From the IMG/VR virus record IMGVR_UViG_3300019850_000189, positions 1-64,000 of that record: a stretch of DNA of 64,000 nucleotides; one strand, given 5' to 3'. Shown here piece by piece: positions 48,353-57,549 of this stretch (its first letter is position 1; every line of letters begins with the position of its first letter). Under the pieces are notes generated by a model. That model saw only the letters and a list, made by a program, of their open reading frames with translations, searched no databases and was not told the origin of the DNA. The translations under genes and the position numbers were made by a program. Source of the stretch: a virus.

Positions 48353-48934
48353 GTGGAGAGGCAAATGGACAAGAAGGCTGAAACGAGTTTATACAAACTT
48401 AAGGGTGATGACGAAATAAGAGCTTTTCTCCTCGGCCGCGGCTGGTCCGAGGAAGCATCATACTTTTTTGCCAAAAAATTCAGCAGTTTTAACCTGGTAT
48501 TGGAAAGGGAGGATCATAGTAGTCTTGGGTGGCATATTCTTATTACAGGCACAGATAATTTTCATCTTAAAAATAATGTGGCCCTGAAGAATGAGATAAA
48601 TGTGTTAAAAGGTATATTTACCGGCTTCTGGTTTCGTGACGATGCATATAAGAATATTGTTGGCCACGAAGTGAGCGATGACGAAACTAAACATGAGGCG
48701 TACATGCCAGAATGCTTCACAAAAGATAAAGACAAAATACAATATTTAGTTTCAATGCTTCTCGGCTCAGGCGCAGATTTCGTATTTGATAATGAATATT
48801 TTTTAGCTTATTATGCTGATAATACAAATCGTAATAAATTACAACTTAAAATTATAAAGATAGAAGATCAGGTAAATTTACATTTTGATAAATCGGGCAA
48901 TCTCTTTTTTGCCAATGGCGAAAAGCTCATATGA
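48353..48934 (+). CDS. Hypothetical protein
   Basis: 193-aa ORF. Confidence 0.65.
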   Translation: MERQMDKKAETSLYKLKGDDEIRAFLLGRGWSEEASYFFAKKFSSFNLVLEREDHSSLGWHILITGTDNFHLKNNVALKNEINVLKGIFTGFWFRDDAYKNIVGHEVSDDETKHEAYMPECFTKDKDKIQYLVSMLLGSGADFVFDNEYFLAYYADNTNRNKLQLKIIKIEDQVNLHFDKSGNLFFANGEKLI

Positions 48935-48943
48935 GGAAGAATC

Positions 48944-49378
48944 ATGATTAGGGGAGATAAATATATTATATCAAAACAGATCGGCAATATTCTCATGTCT
49001 CGACCAGAAAGCAATGTTGCTGAAGTTAAAAGCTTTGTTGAAGGCAATATATTATTTAAAATTGGTAAAATGCAGTATATACTACCTATCAACATTTTTT
49101 CAGGATATATAATTGAGAAGATATCACCAGATAAACCAAAAGAAATCAGGATAGCTACGGCAGCAGTTAATAAAACACCTTTTGTTATAACAAAACCGGA
49201 TGTTACTCCAACGGAGCCAACAACAGAACCGGTCCATAATGATACTACCCCGGAGCCAACAACAAAACCGGCTCCTAATGACACTACTCCGGAGCCAACA
49301 ACAGAACCGGACACTAAGCCAGATAATACAATTATTACACCGCCGGATCCTGATGAGGATTTATACGATAATGATTAA
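48944..49378 (+). CDS. Hypothetical protein with Pro/Thr repeats
   Basis: PEPTT(E/K)P..NDTT repeats. Confidence 0.7.
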   Translation: MIRGDKYIISKQIGNILMSRPESNVAEVKSFVEGNILFKIGKMQYILPINIFSGYIIEKISPDKPKEIRIATAAVNKTPFVITKPDVTPTEPTTEPVHNDTTPEPTTKPAPNDTTPEPTTEPDTKPDNTIITPPDPDEDLYDND

Positions 49379-49631
49379 TATATATAAAACAGGGACATTT
49401 TACAGCAATTTACAAAATGAATCTGCTTTAGTTAATAGACTACGGGAAAATTTTAGAGCAGGTCATCTTAAAATTAGCATAAGAGTGAAGAATGATGTCA
49501 TTGATTTTACAGCCAAAAGAAAAAGATTGTCTGTTACAGCTGCAAATAGCAAGATACTGGTAGATGAATATGAATTTGATGACGTTGAAGATGCTGCTGA
49601 ATATGTTTTTGGTACATTGAAGGGGAAATGA
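49371..49631 (+). CDS. Hypothetical protein
   Basis: Start reassigned to MINIY; the longer track ORF overlaps the repeat region. Confidence 0.6.
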   Translation: MINIYKTGTFYSNLQNESALVNRLRENFRAGHLKISIRVKNDVIDFTAKRKRLSVTAANSKILVDEYEFDDVEDAAEYVFGTLKGK

Positions 49632-49632
49632 A

Positions 49633-49902
49633 ATGGCTAAGTTTGATGATGTAATTGAGCAGATGCTGGGAGCAAAGCCTAATGATATATCAAAAGATAT
49701 AGCTGCGGCAAAAAACTCCGGCAATAGGGCTCTTGTTGGTTTATTGAATCAAAAACAGAATATTGCGCAAAATATACAGAAGATGCAAAATGATATGAAT
49801 AAATTAGATCTACAAATAGCACAAGCAAAATTAAAATTAGCAACTGGCCCAAATAAAGGCACCACTCCGGCAGGTAATACACCTCCTGGAGGAGCTGCAT
49901 AA
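49633..49902 (+). CDS. Hypothetical coiled-coil protein
   Basis: 89-aa ORF. Confidence 0.65.
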   Translation: MAKFDDVIEQMLGAKPNDISKDIAAAKNSGNRALVGLLNQKQNIAQNIQKMQNDMNKLDLQIAQAKLKLATGPNKGTTPAGNTPPGGAA

Positions 49903-49918
49903 TTATAGGAGATAAAAT

Positions 49919-50278
49919 ATGAAAGAAAGCAACAAAGAAGAAAAGAAAGTTCAAGCAGCCACTCAAGGCAATTTGGTTGAAGAGAAGTTGTCCGATAAGG
50001 AAAAGCTTAAAGCGGAGATAACCCGCGTTAAAGCATCTTTATCTAATCTTGCCGAGACTGTAGAGAAATGCGAGAAAATAAAGGCTCAAAAAAGATTGGT
50101 GCTTAGCGAAGATGGAAGCGTCACTAAAAAATCACCAGAAGAGGTGTTTACATTTGCCGTATCGGGAGACATTGTTTTAGCGATAATGAATATTATCGAT
50201 AATTTTCTCGGTAGAACAAAAACACAGCTGCTGGAAGATCAGAATAAAATTATTGATAAGTTGAATGAATATCTATGA
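49919..50278 (+). CDS. Hypothetical protein
   Basis: AGGAG RBS. Confidence 0.7.
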   Translation: MKESNKEEKKVQAATQGNLVEEKLSDKEKLKAEITRVKASLSNLAETVEKCEKIKAQKRLVLSEDGSVTKKSPEEVFTFAVSGDIVLAIMNIIDNFLGRTKTQLLEDQNKIIDKLNEYL

Positions 50279-50844
50279 AAATTCGTAATGTGGCAACAGG
50301 ACAGAACTTACCGCAGAAGGTGTCTCAGTATGTGGTAGAGCTCTGTCTTCTGGACCCAAAGTTTTATGATAAGAGAGCCCTTGATGATATTATCACGGTG
50401 TTAGAAGATGAATTGACAAAGATCAATTTGGATTATAACGATTGGATAACCACGTTAGAGACCCTGGATGCGGTTCCGCGGAAGAATTTTTTTCTGGGAG
50501 AGAACAACATCAAATGTTTCGATGTTGAAGAAAAAATAGAAACAGATACCGATAGAGCAAAAGTTATAGTTTACAACATACGTGACAAAGATTTATTAAA
50601 AGAACTTATACAAAAAAAGAAGAACAAAGTTTATGTAACTGTTAAATTCATTTCTCCGCGCGTTATCAGGGAGCTTGTTGATATAAAAAGATTTTACAGG
50701 AAATTAATTTATTTATGCGAAACCTCTATTGCGAAATTAAAAGAGTGTTCTCAGGGAATAGAAATTTTAGATGGCGAATATAAAAGTAAAAATAATAAAC
50801 AAGAGCAATTGGCCGAACAAAATAGTATATCAGCAGCTGAATAG
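50275..50844 (+). CDS. Hypothetical protein
   Basis: 189-aa coupled ORF. Confidence 0.65.
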   Translation: MKIRNVATGQNLPQKVSQYVVELCLLDPKFYDKRALDDIITVLEDELTKINLDYNDWITTLETLDAVPRKNFFLGENNIKCFDVEEKIETDTDRAKVIVYNIRDKDLLKELIQKKKNKVYVTVKFISPRVIRELVDIKRFYRKLIYLCETSIAKLKECSQGIEILDGEYKSKNNKQEQLAEQNSISAAE

Positions 50845-51115
50845 TAGTTCCAAAATTGCTCTCAATGATGGCGAGAAAATTTGGATGAAAACTTTGCTTA
50901 CACAGCTGGTAGATAGTATTATCCAAAATGATGAAGCGGATCCAAAGATATTCGCAAAGATCATTGAATTATCCCCGCGCTTGGATGATAGTGATATATT
51001 GAATAAATTAATTGCTGATGTTCAGGTCTGGAATAGTTATGCAGAGGATTTTGAAGAAGAACTCTCTGATTTTCCAATTGAGAGTTATTATCAAGAATTA
51101 ATAAAAATAATATAA
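50771..51115 (+). CDS. Hypothetical protein
   Basis: 114-aa ORF. Confidence 0.55.
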   Translation: MANIKVKIINKSNWPNKIVYQQLNSSSKIALNDGEKIWMKTLLTQLVDSIIQNDEADPKIFAKIIELSPRLDDSDILNKLIADVQVWNSYAEDFEEELSDFPIESYYQELIKII

Positions 51116-51127
51116 TAGGAGATAAAA

Positions 51128-51505
51128 ATGCCAGAAAAAGACGAACGTATTGACAAGGTGGTAGATGTGCTGTATGATAATCTTCACCTTGAAGTGCCAC
51201 TCACAAAAGAATATCTTCGTGAGGTTATAAACACCGCAATAACTTTTGACACCAAGCAGCGAGATTATAGTACTCAAAATATTGCAGAGTTCAGCGCTCT
51301 GGGTGTCTTGATTCGTATGAGTGACAAATTCTCAAGGCTAAAGAATTTGTTGCTTCACAATAAAAAACCCCAACATGAGACTATTGAAGACACGTGGTTA
51401 GACATATCTATTTATGGAATAATTGGTTTACTTTGTCACAAGGGCAAATGGCCAGGTCAGAGGGAATTTAAAATAATAACGGACAAAAAAGAGAGCAGTA
51501 GTTGA
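51128..51505 (+). CDS. Nucleotide-modification-associated domain protein (DUF1599-like)
   Basis: KQRDYS...GVLIRMSDKFSRL..L...ETIEDTWLDISIYGIIGL. Confidence 0.8.
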   Translation: MPEKDERIDKVVDVLYDNLHLEVPLTKEYLREVINTAITFDTKQRDYSTQNIAEFSALGVLIRMSDKFSRLKNLLLHNKKPQHETIEDTWLDISIYGIIGLLCHKGKWPGQREFKIITDKKESSS

Positions 51506-52257
51506 TTTGCGCTAAATGTAGACAAGAGAAAGATATATCCGAATTTTATATTCGAAAAAAAACTGGTAAGCCTGGGCAATGGTGCAAAGAGTGCGGAAAA
51601 GATTACAGCAGGGAGTATCGAAAACATAATGGAGATAAAACAAGGAGTCAGTGTAGGAAGTGGCGCCAAAAAAACCGAGAGTATTTGAGCTCATGGAGAA
51701 ACGAATATTATCAAACACATAGAGAACAAGAGATTTCTTGTAGCAAAGAGTATACCAAAAAGAATTATGAAAAGGTTGCATTATATCAACAAGGTTATCG
51801 CCAAAAAAATCATGAAAAAATATCAGCCAGAACAAAAGAATACTATAAAGAAAATCACGATAAAATAATAAATTATATAAACGAATACCAAAAGGACCGC
51901 CGAAAAAAAGACGATGCATATAAATTAAGCAGAAATATGTCGTCATCTATTTCTGCATCTTTAAGTGGTGGTAAGGGCGGCTATCATTGGGAAGATCTTG
52001 TCGGTTGGACGTTTAATCGGTTTCGAGAGGAATTTAACGAAAAAATGCTCTTGGCCAACAAAAATAATCCAAACAAAACACCAATGACTTTTGATAACTA
52101 CGGAGCAATTTGGCACATAGATCATATAATACCTAAATCATTGTGGCAATTCAATAAACCAGAGGATAGAGAATTTAAACAATGTTGGGCACTGTGTAAT
52201 TTACAGCCCTTATGGGCTAAGGATAATATGAGAAAGAGCAATAAAATTAATCCTTGA
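51502..52257 (+). CDS. HNH endonuclease, paralog of 29524..30192
   Basis: CAKC/CKEC; WHIDHIIP...FKQCWALCNLQPLWAKDN. Confidence 0.85.
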   Translation: MICAKCRQEKDISEFYIRKKTGKPGQWCKECGKDYSREYRKHNGDKTRSQCRKWRQKNREYLSSWRNEYYQTHREQEISCSKEYTKKNYEKVALYQQGYRQKNHEKISARTKEYYKENHDKIINYINEYQKDRRKKDDAYKLSRNMSSSISASLSGGKGGYHWEDLVGWTFNRFREEFNEKMLLANKNNPNKTPMTFDNYGAIWHIDHIIPKSLWQFNKPEDREFKQCWALCNLQPLWAKDNMRKSNKINP

Positions 52258-52275
52258 ATTGAACAGAAATAGATT

Positions 52276-54030
52276 CTAATATTTTTTCATCTTTCTATCA
52301 ATTTTATCTATTATATTGTCAATACTCAACTCTTCCATTATAACATCTTCTTTAATGGCTGTGTAGTTATTGCTAATTCGTCCCTCTTTGATTGTTAGCG
52401 CCTCCTGGTTCCATGAATATTGATTGTTGAATGTGAACCATGTGTCCAGATAGCATCCAGCATATCCACCATTTTTAGCCAGTGGCTTTTTTTCTATAGG
52501 TATTTTGGGATCTGGAAAAAAACACCAGTCCAAAATAACCCATTCCAAACTTCTCTGCGAATCAGCACGATCTGCCAGATAAATAGAATAACCATGTCCT
52601 CCCATTTCTGCTTTTGGACCTGGTTTTACATATCCAGCCACCACCTTGGCGCGCCATGGCGGAATGCCTGCGTTAATGAGCAAGCTTGTAATTAAAATAC
52701 CGCCGTCTTCGCAATTTTTTACAATGCTTCCGTTTTTGGTAATGAAATTATGCGTCTCTTGCACTTCAAAATCCCTCATTTCTACTTCTTCTAAATCTTC
52801 GATATAAGAGATGGAGACTTCACTTATCCCTTCATATCCATAATCTTTCTGAAAATGTGAATTTGAATTATAAATAACTCTATATATTGGAGCAGTTCCA
52901 AATCCAGTATGTTCAGATTGGCAATAGACATATAAAGGTTTTCCTAATTGCAAATGAATCCTTTGAAGATCACTCACCAATTGTTCCGAGACAGTTGAAT
53001 AAAATAATCGAGAGTTGTTGTTATATCCTCTTTTGTCTGGATAATCAGTTATGTGGCCATCTCCCAAGTGATAGCCATTCAGAAAACTTTGTAGCTTATT
53101 TTCTGGGAGGTGGAAAAACTCTTCTGGAATATGGATATCAAAACTATTAGTTTTAAATTGTTTTAAGTAATCCTTAAACTGACTTTTCAAAAAAGTCAAT
53201 ATAGGCAAACCATTATGTTCATGTTCTGAAAATAAAATATTATTTTTTTCTAAGAGTGGAATTATTTCTTCAGTTATAGCATAGCCACTAGTAGCTATGT
53301 GCCCATGAGAATGCCACCCCTCTGCAATGTAATGCCCTATTACAAAACATAAGTCCTCATTTAACCATTCAATGTCTCGTATTTTATAAGGAATTTTTTT
53401 GGTCATTGGCATTTTTTTGGTCCACCATTTGCTAAGATCTAAATCTTTCACTCTAGTTTCTTTGTATATACTTTTTTTCTGGGATTGCCGTATAAGAAGT
53501 TTATGTTCGTCTGATACATCTATCCATTGCCCATTTCGCAGATGAACCCTTTTTAACGGCAGGAGACCTTTCTCCCATATTTTGCTAATATATTTATAAC
53601 AATATTTCTTTTTTTCAAAATCATAGGACAAAACATTGTCACCGACTTTCAGATCGCCAACTTTTTTTATACCATCTTCTGTGTATATTTCTTCATAATT
53701 AGCAATACAATCTCCAGTGCTAGCGGAAATTGTTTCAAATGGAAATTGCCAGAACTCGGGAATTTTTGCAGTATCATCGTCATATTTATATGTAAGAAAT
53801 TGGCATACGAATTTTTGCACCGCCCACGCTGTCTCATTGTGTGTTCTTTTCTTTAAGTTATATTTTTTGATTACCTCATGAAGTATGGCGTCATTGGCGG
53901 AAATAAAATCTTTCACATCAACTCCTATTTGCTTTTTTTGCCATCTAAGCGCCCGGCCTCCATAAATTATAGGAGCTCTTGGCCATTTGTTGTTCCAATA
54001 GTTTTCGCCATAATTACCATAATCTGGCAT
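52276..54030 (-). CDS. Transglutaminase-like cysteine protease/transferase interrupted by an intein
   Basis: EFWQFPFETI..TGD(intein)CEDGGILITSLL...GHGY...W.ILDW catalytic triad pattern. Confidence 0.8.
   Translation of the reverse strand: MPDYGNYGENYWNNKWPRAPIIYGGRALRWQKKQIGVDVKDFISANDAILHEVIKKYNLKKRTHNETAWAVQKFVCQFLTYKYDDDTAKIPEFWQFPFETISASTGDCIANYEEIYTEDGIKKVGDLKVGDNVLSYDFEKKKYCYKYISKIWEKGLLPLKRVHLRNGQWIDVSDEHKLLIRQSQKKSIYKETRVKDLDLSKWWTKKMPMTKKIPYKIRDIEWLNEDLCFVIGHYIAEGWHSHGHIATSGYAITEEIIPLLEKNNILFSEHEHNGLPILTFLKSQFKDYLKQFKTNSFDIHIPEEFFHLPENKLQSFLNGYHLGDGHITDYPDKRGYNNNSRLFYSTVSEQLVSDLQRIHLQLGKPLYVYCQSEHTGFGTAPIYRVIYNSNSHFQKDYGYEGISEVSISYIEDLEEVEMRDFEVQETHNFITKNGSIVKNCEDGGILITSLLINAGIPPWRAKVVAGYVKPGPKAEMGGHGYSIYLADRADSQRSLEWVILDWCFFPDPKIPIEKKPLAKNGGYAGCYLDTWFTFNNQYSWNQEALTIKEGRISNNYTAIKEDVIMEELSIDNIIDKIDRKMKKY
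52714..53709 (-). mobile_element. Intein (332 aa) with LAGLIDADG endonuclease
   Basis: TGD|CIANYEEIYT ... SDEHKL ... IGHYIAEGW ... FLNGYHLGDG ... MRDFEVQETHNFITKNGSIVKN|CED. Confidence 0.9.
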
Positions 54031-54110
54031 AGGTTATACCCTCCTAAATATTTTAATGAAAAAATTAACTAATATATGATAAAATCTTTTGAAAAAGCTC
54101 ATATCGCAAT

Positions 54111-54410
54111 TTAAATCCTAAACCAATATTTGTTTAGATCAAATTTTTCACTGATCATCTGTTCTATGATCCATTTCTTGATATCTTTAATATTAAAAGG
54201 TGTGGCACCAGCTCCAACAAATATTTTCTTGCCGGGAGGGGTAAAGTAGTGCTCTTTATGCCCGAATGTAAATAGCGATTTGTCTACGATGACATAACCC
54301 TTTTCGTTTGGAACTCTGGTTCCGGTAAAAGCGTGAAGATATCTTATTTTTTTAGTTGGTTTGACCGTACCGGTTAGTTCGGCTGTTGATGTGTATAACC
54401 AAGCTTTCAT
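54111..54410 (-). CDS. Small hypothetical protein
   Basis: MKAWLY start; IKKWIIEQM tail. Confidence 0.65.
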   Translation of the reverse strand: MKAWLYTSTAELTGTVKPTKKIRYLHAFTGTRVPNEKGYVIVDKSLFTFGHKEHYFTPPGKKIFVGAGATPFNIKDIKKWIIEQMISEKFDLNKYWFRI

Positions 54411-54530
54411 GTTAAAAATACACCTCTGCTCTCCTTATTGTGCTATAATAACCAATAGAAATAAAGTATTGTTTTCCCATGTCTGTGCCAATCACTAATT
54501 GCATTGTCTGAGTAGCAGTTGATAATGCTA

Positions 54531-54818
54531 CTATATTACCCGGCCGCGTTGGCGGAGGAAGAGGCCCTTAATTATGTCTCGTCTCAATTTTGAGGAAATC
54601 TTGATTTTAATTTTACCGGCAACTGTCCGTGCTGAAGTGCTTGCCATATGGTAAACTCTAAAGTCAGTCCAAAAGGAAGGTGTTTCTCCTGGTAAAAGAT
54701 ATCCTAGTGGCACTACATCATATTCATTTCCTTCTAGACTAATTACCAGATCAATCATACTCATGGGGTTCCCCATTTCTGTTTCGTATTTTAAAATATC
54801 TCCGGGTTTAATTTTCAT
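54531..54818 (-). CDS. Small hypothetical protein (tandem duplicate)
   Basis: MKIKPGDILKY...DIIKGLF; close copy of 54815..55099. Confidence 0.7.
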   Translation of the reverse strand: MKIKPGDILKYETEMGNPMSMIDLVISLEGNEYDVVPLGYLLPGETPSFWTDFRVYHMASTSARTVAGKIKIKISSKLRRDIIKGLFLRQRGRVI

Positions 54819-55099
54819 TCAGTAAATAATCCTTTAATTATATCGTATTTAAGCTTCGGAAAAACTTTTATTTTCGTTTTACCGGTAATTTCCAGTATGG
54901 TAACTGTTGCTATATGGTAAGCTTCAAGGTTTTCCCAAAAGCAAGGTGCTTCTCCTGGGAAAACATATCCTAGTGGCACTACATTATATTTATTTCCTTC
55001 TAGGCTAATTACCAGATCAATTATTCTCATGGGGTTCCCTGGTTCCATTTTATATTTTAAAATATCTCCGGGTTTAATTTTCATTCCTGAACCCTCCAA
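54815..55099 (-). CDS. Small hypothetical protein (tandem duplicate; probable start 55084)
   Basis: MKIKPGDILKY...DIIKGLF. Confidence 0.7.
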   Translation of the reverse strand: MEGSGMKIKPGDILKYKMEPGNPMRIIDLVISLEGNKYNVVPLGYVFPGEAPCFWENLEAYHIATVTILEITGKTKIKVFPKLKYDIIKGLFTE

Positions 55100-55365
55100 G
55101 CGAACATTAAATCGATCATATATTTTTTATCATTTGTTGCTACAGCTCGTCCCTTATTTATTTCGTTATAACGAGGAATGCCTTCAGTCCCTGGCTTAAT
55201 GCCAATGAAACTAAAAATAACTTTAACTATTGGCCCTGAGTGGTATGTAGGCGCTGTAACTTGAACTATATCATTCCATAATGCTCCTCCACTAGCAAGA
55301 ACTCTATAATAAAATATAGAACCAATTGGCAACTTCTTTATTTGGTCATATGATAGTTTTTTCAC
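55081..55365 (-). CDS. Small hypothetical protein
   Basis: LPIGSIFYY...KKYMIDLMF. Confidence 0.65.
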   Translation of the reverse strand: MKKLSYDQIKKLPIGSIFYYRVLASGGALWNDIVQVTAPTYHSGPIVKVIFSFIGIKPGTEGIPRYNEINKGRAVATNDKKYMIDLMFAWRVQE

Positions 55366-55400
55366 TTTACAAATTGTCCTAAATGTGATATATTTATAGT

Positions 55401-55625
55401 ATGAAACTATTCCAAAATATTTTTTTAGGGAAAGCTATCCAAGTAGTCCCACTTTTTACTAACATTTACTATTATCTTGAGTGTGAAGATTATAATGTTA
55501 TCGCCCACAAGAAAGAAAGCTGGAACCTTTATTATGGCACTATGAAGAATATTAAAAAAGCCATCCCTGCCCTTATCAAACTAAGACCAAACATTAAAAT
55601 TCAAATTAAAACCTATAGGATATAA
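55401..55625 (+). CDS. Hypothetical protein
   Basis: 74-aa ORF. Confidence 0.5.
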   Translation: MKLFQNIFLGKAIQVVPLFTNIYYYLECEDYNVIAHKKESWNLYYGTMKNIKKAIPALIKLRPNIKIQIKTYRI

Positions 55626-55685
55626 CATATAAACTAATCTTTGGCGGCAAAGATGACTTGAGGGCGCCTGGTAGGGAATTGGAGT

Positions 55686-56144
55686 TTGAAGGTTTTAGGC
55701 ATAATAGAAAAAGAAAATAACTTGAATGCCATCAGAAAAGCTATTTCTAATTATTTCGAGAATGGTACTAAAACGCCTAAAGTAAAATACATATATAAAC
55801 ATAGGAATGAGGAAACCATGATAAAAACAAATAAAGTAGTAAAAACTGTAATCGAAAATATATATATATGCGATAACTGTGGCGCAACTTCCAAGTCAGG
55901 CGGTTCATACCATAAATGCTCCATATGTGGAAAATTGTTCTGTCGGAATTGTACGGTAGTATTTGATTGGGCCATTCTGAAAGAGGGTGAATTCTCCGGT
56001 GATTATCCAGATTACATGTGTAAAAATTGTTGGGAAAATGGTAAGAACTATAGAGAAAAAATTATAGATATTCGAGCTGAGGCTGATGCGAAAGAAGAGG
56101 CATTAATGGAATCTTGGAGATCTTCTAGCGAGAATATGCCATGA
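55686..56144 (+). CDS. Zinc-finger protein (probable start 55818)
   Basis: CDNC...CSICGKLFCRNC...CKNC. Confidence 0.65.
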   Translation: MKVLGIIEKENNLNAIRKAISNYFENGTKTPKVKYIYKHRNEETMIKTNKVVKTVIENIYICDNCGATSKSGGSYHKCSICGKLFCRNCTVVFDWAILKEGEFSGDYPDYMCKNCWENGKNYREKIIDIRAEADAKEEALMESWRSSSENMP

Positions 56145-56419
56145 GTTTCAAACCAATGTCACTTATGCCTGGCGATAAAGTTGTTAATAGGGTGTCAATT
56201 ACTGGAGATCGTGGCAGTACAATACCTCCGAACACAGAACTGGTTGTGATAGCCACGAATGGTGATGATTGTGTGATGACACATTCAATTCTTCCAGAAA
56301 ATAAATGGCCAGGAGCTGAGTTATTTGTGGAAGATACCAGGAAATTGAAGCTCGTCGAAGAAGTTAAAAATATAGAAGTTGTTGATTTGGGAGGTAAATA
56401 TGAAGCTGGCAGCCGCTGA
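56141..56419 (+). CDS. Hypothetical protein
   Basis: 92-aa coupled ORF. Confidence 0.6.
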   Translation: MSFKPMSLMPGDKVVNRVSITGDRGSTIPPNTELVVIATNGDDCVMTHSILPENKWPGAELFVEDTRKLKLVEEVKNIEVVDLGGKYEAGSR

Positions 56420-56882
56420 AATAATTGAAAATGTGTTATCCAAGTCTCTTACCCACAAACAGATTGTTGCTCATTTGAATAATAATATGCCGCAAAAAAT
56501 GATTGAATTTTGTAAAGAAAAAAATGGCATAGGCTTGGCCGCGCCTCAAATTGCTCTTTTCCAAAGTTTTTTTGTGGCAAAAATATCTAATGAATGGCAA
56601 GTTTTCTTTAATCCTGCCATACTTCATAAATCTGATGAATTGATATCAATAAACGAAGGCTGCTTGAGCTATCCAGGCTTGCTTGTTAAAACGCAAAGGT
56701 CAAAAGAAATCATTGTTCAGTTCTTTACCATTAATAAAATGTTATCAACTAAATTGTCAGGTTTGGACGCTATCGTTTTTCAGCATGAGTATGATCATCT
56801 TCAGGGTATTACAATTTCAACACTGTTTAAGGATGGAAAGGCCAAAAAATCATCAAGTGTTAAAAATAAGATTGCCATGTAG
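56379..56882 (+). CDS. def: Peptide deformylase (probable start 56400)
   Basis: GIGLAAPQI, EGCLSYP, QHEYDHLQG. Confidence 0.93.
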   Translation: MLIWEVNMKLAAAEIIENVLSKSLTHKQIVAHLNNNMPQKMIEFCKEKNGIGLAAPQIALFQSFFVAKISNEWQVFFNPAILHKSDELISINEGCLSYPGLLVKTQRSKEIIVQFFTINKMLSTKLSGLDAIVFQHEYDHLQGITISTLFKDGKAKKSSSVKNKIAM

Positions 56883-56894
56883 GAGGAATTAGTA

Positions 56895-57314
56895 GTGTCA
56901 GTTGAAGAAAAAAGAGTTAAAGAAATGAAATTAACATCAGAAAATGTTGAATTTGTGTTTAATGAATGTAAATTTGATTCGAAAACAAGTAAAGAGAAAG
57001 CCATACAGGTTGATGGTGTTGTTCACATTTATTCATTCGATCAAAGCAAGCTTAATAAACGCAAAAAAGATATTTATAGCATGCTCAGGCAACTGCCGGA
57101 TGAATTCCAGCAAGATGGTGGCGGGGGAATGTCTTTTTTGAAAGCTTGTGACGATAAAAATGGAAATCGATGGACTGATCTTCATCTTCGGATAGAGCAG
57201 CTTCTTTGTTTAGGCATAGCAACCGACCAGCTCGATTTTTGCTTGCCAAGAGAAGCATGGCATATTATGCCAGGCGGTATGCCATATGTCGTGGTATTAG
57301 GAGATAAAAAGTGA
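56895..57314 (+). CDS. Hypothetical phage protein
   Basis: 139-aa ORF, AGGAGG RBS. Confidence 0.7.
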   Translation: MSVEEKRVKEMKLTSENVEFVFNECKFDSKTSKEKAIQVDGVVHIYSFDQSKLNKRKKDIYSMLRQLPDEFQQDGGGGMSFLKACDDKNGNRWTDLHLRIEQLLCLGIATDQLDFCLPREAWHIMPGGMPYVVVLGDKK

Positions 57315-57514
57315 GACGCAAGAGAAGAACAAGAGTACCATGGGCTAGAAAAATCAATGAGCCTGCGACGGAACATGATTCCACACTCAATGAAAAACTA
57401 ATCATCGCTCAGAACCGTATTGACGAAAACATCAGGAATCATAAGGGGCAGTTAAAAGATTTCAAAGCTCAAGTGGCTGATGAATTAGAACGCATCTGGG
57501 CAAAAATACTTTAG
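57311..57514 (+). CDS. Hypothetical protein
   Basis: 67-aa coupled ORF. Confidence 0.55.
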   Translation: MRRKRRTRVPWARKINEPATEHDSTLNEKLIIAQNRIDENIRNHKGQLKDFKAQVADELERIWAKIL

Positions 57515-57549
57515 GCACAATGATACATATATAGAATGAAAGGACAGAT

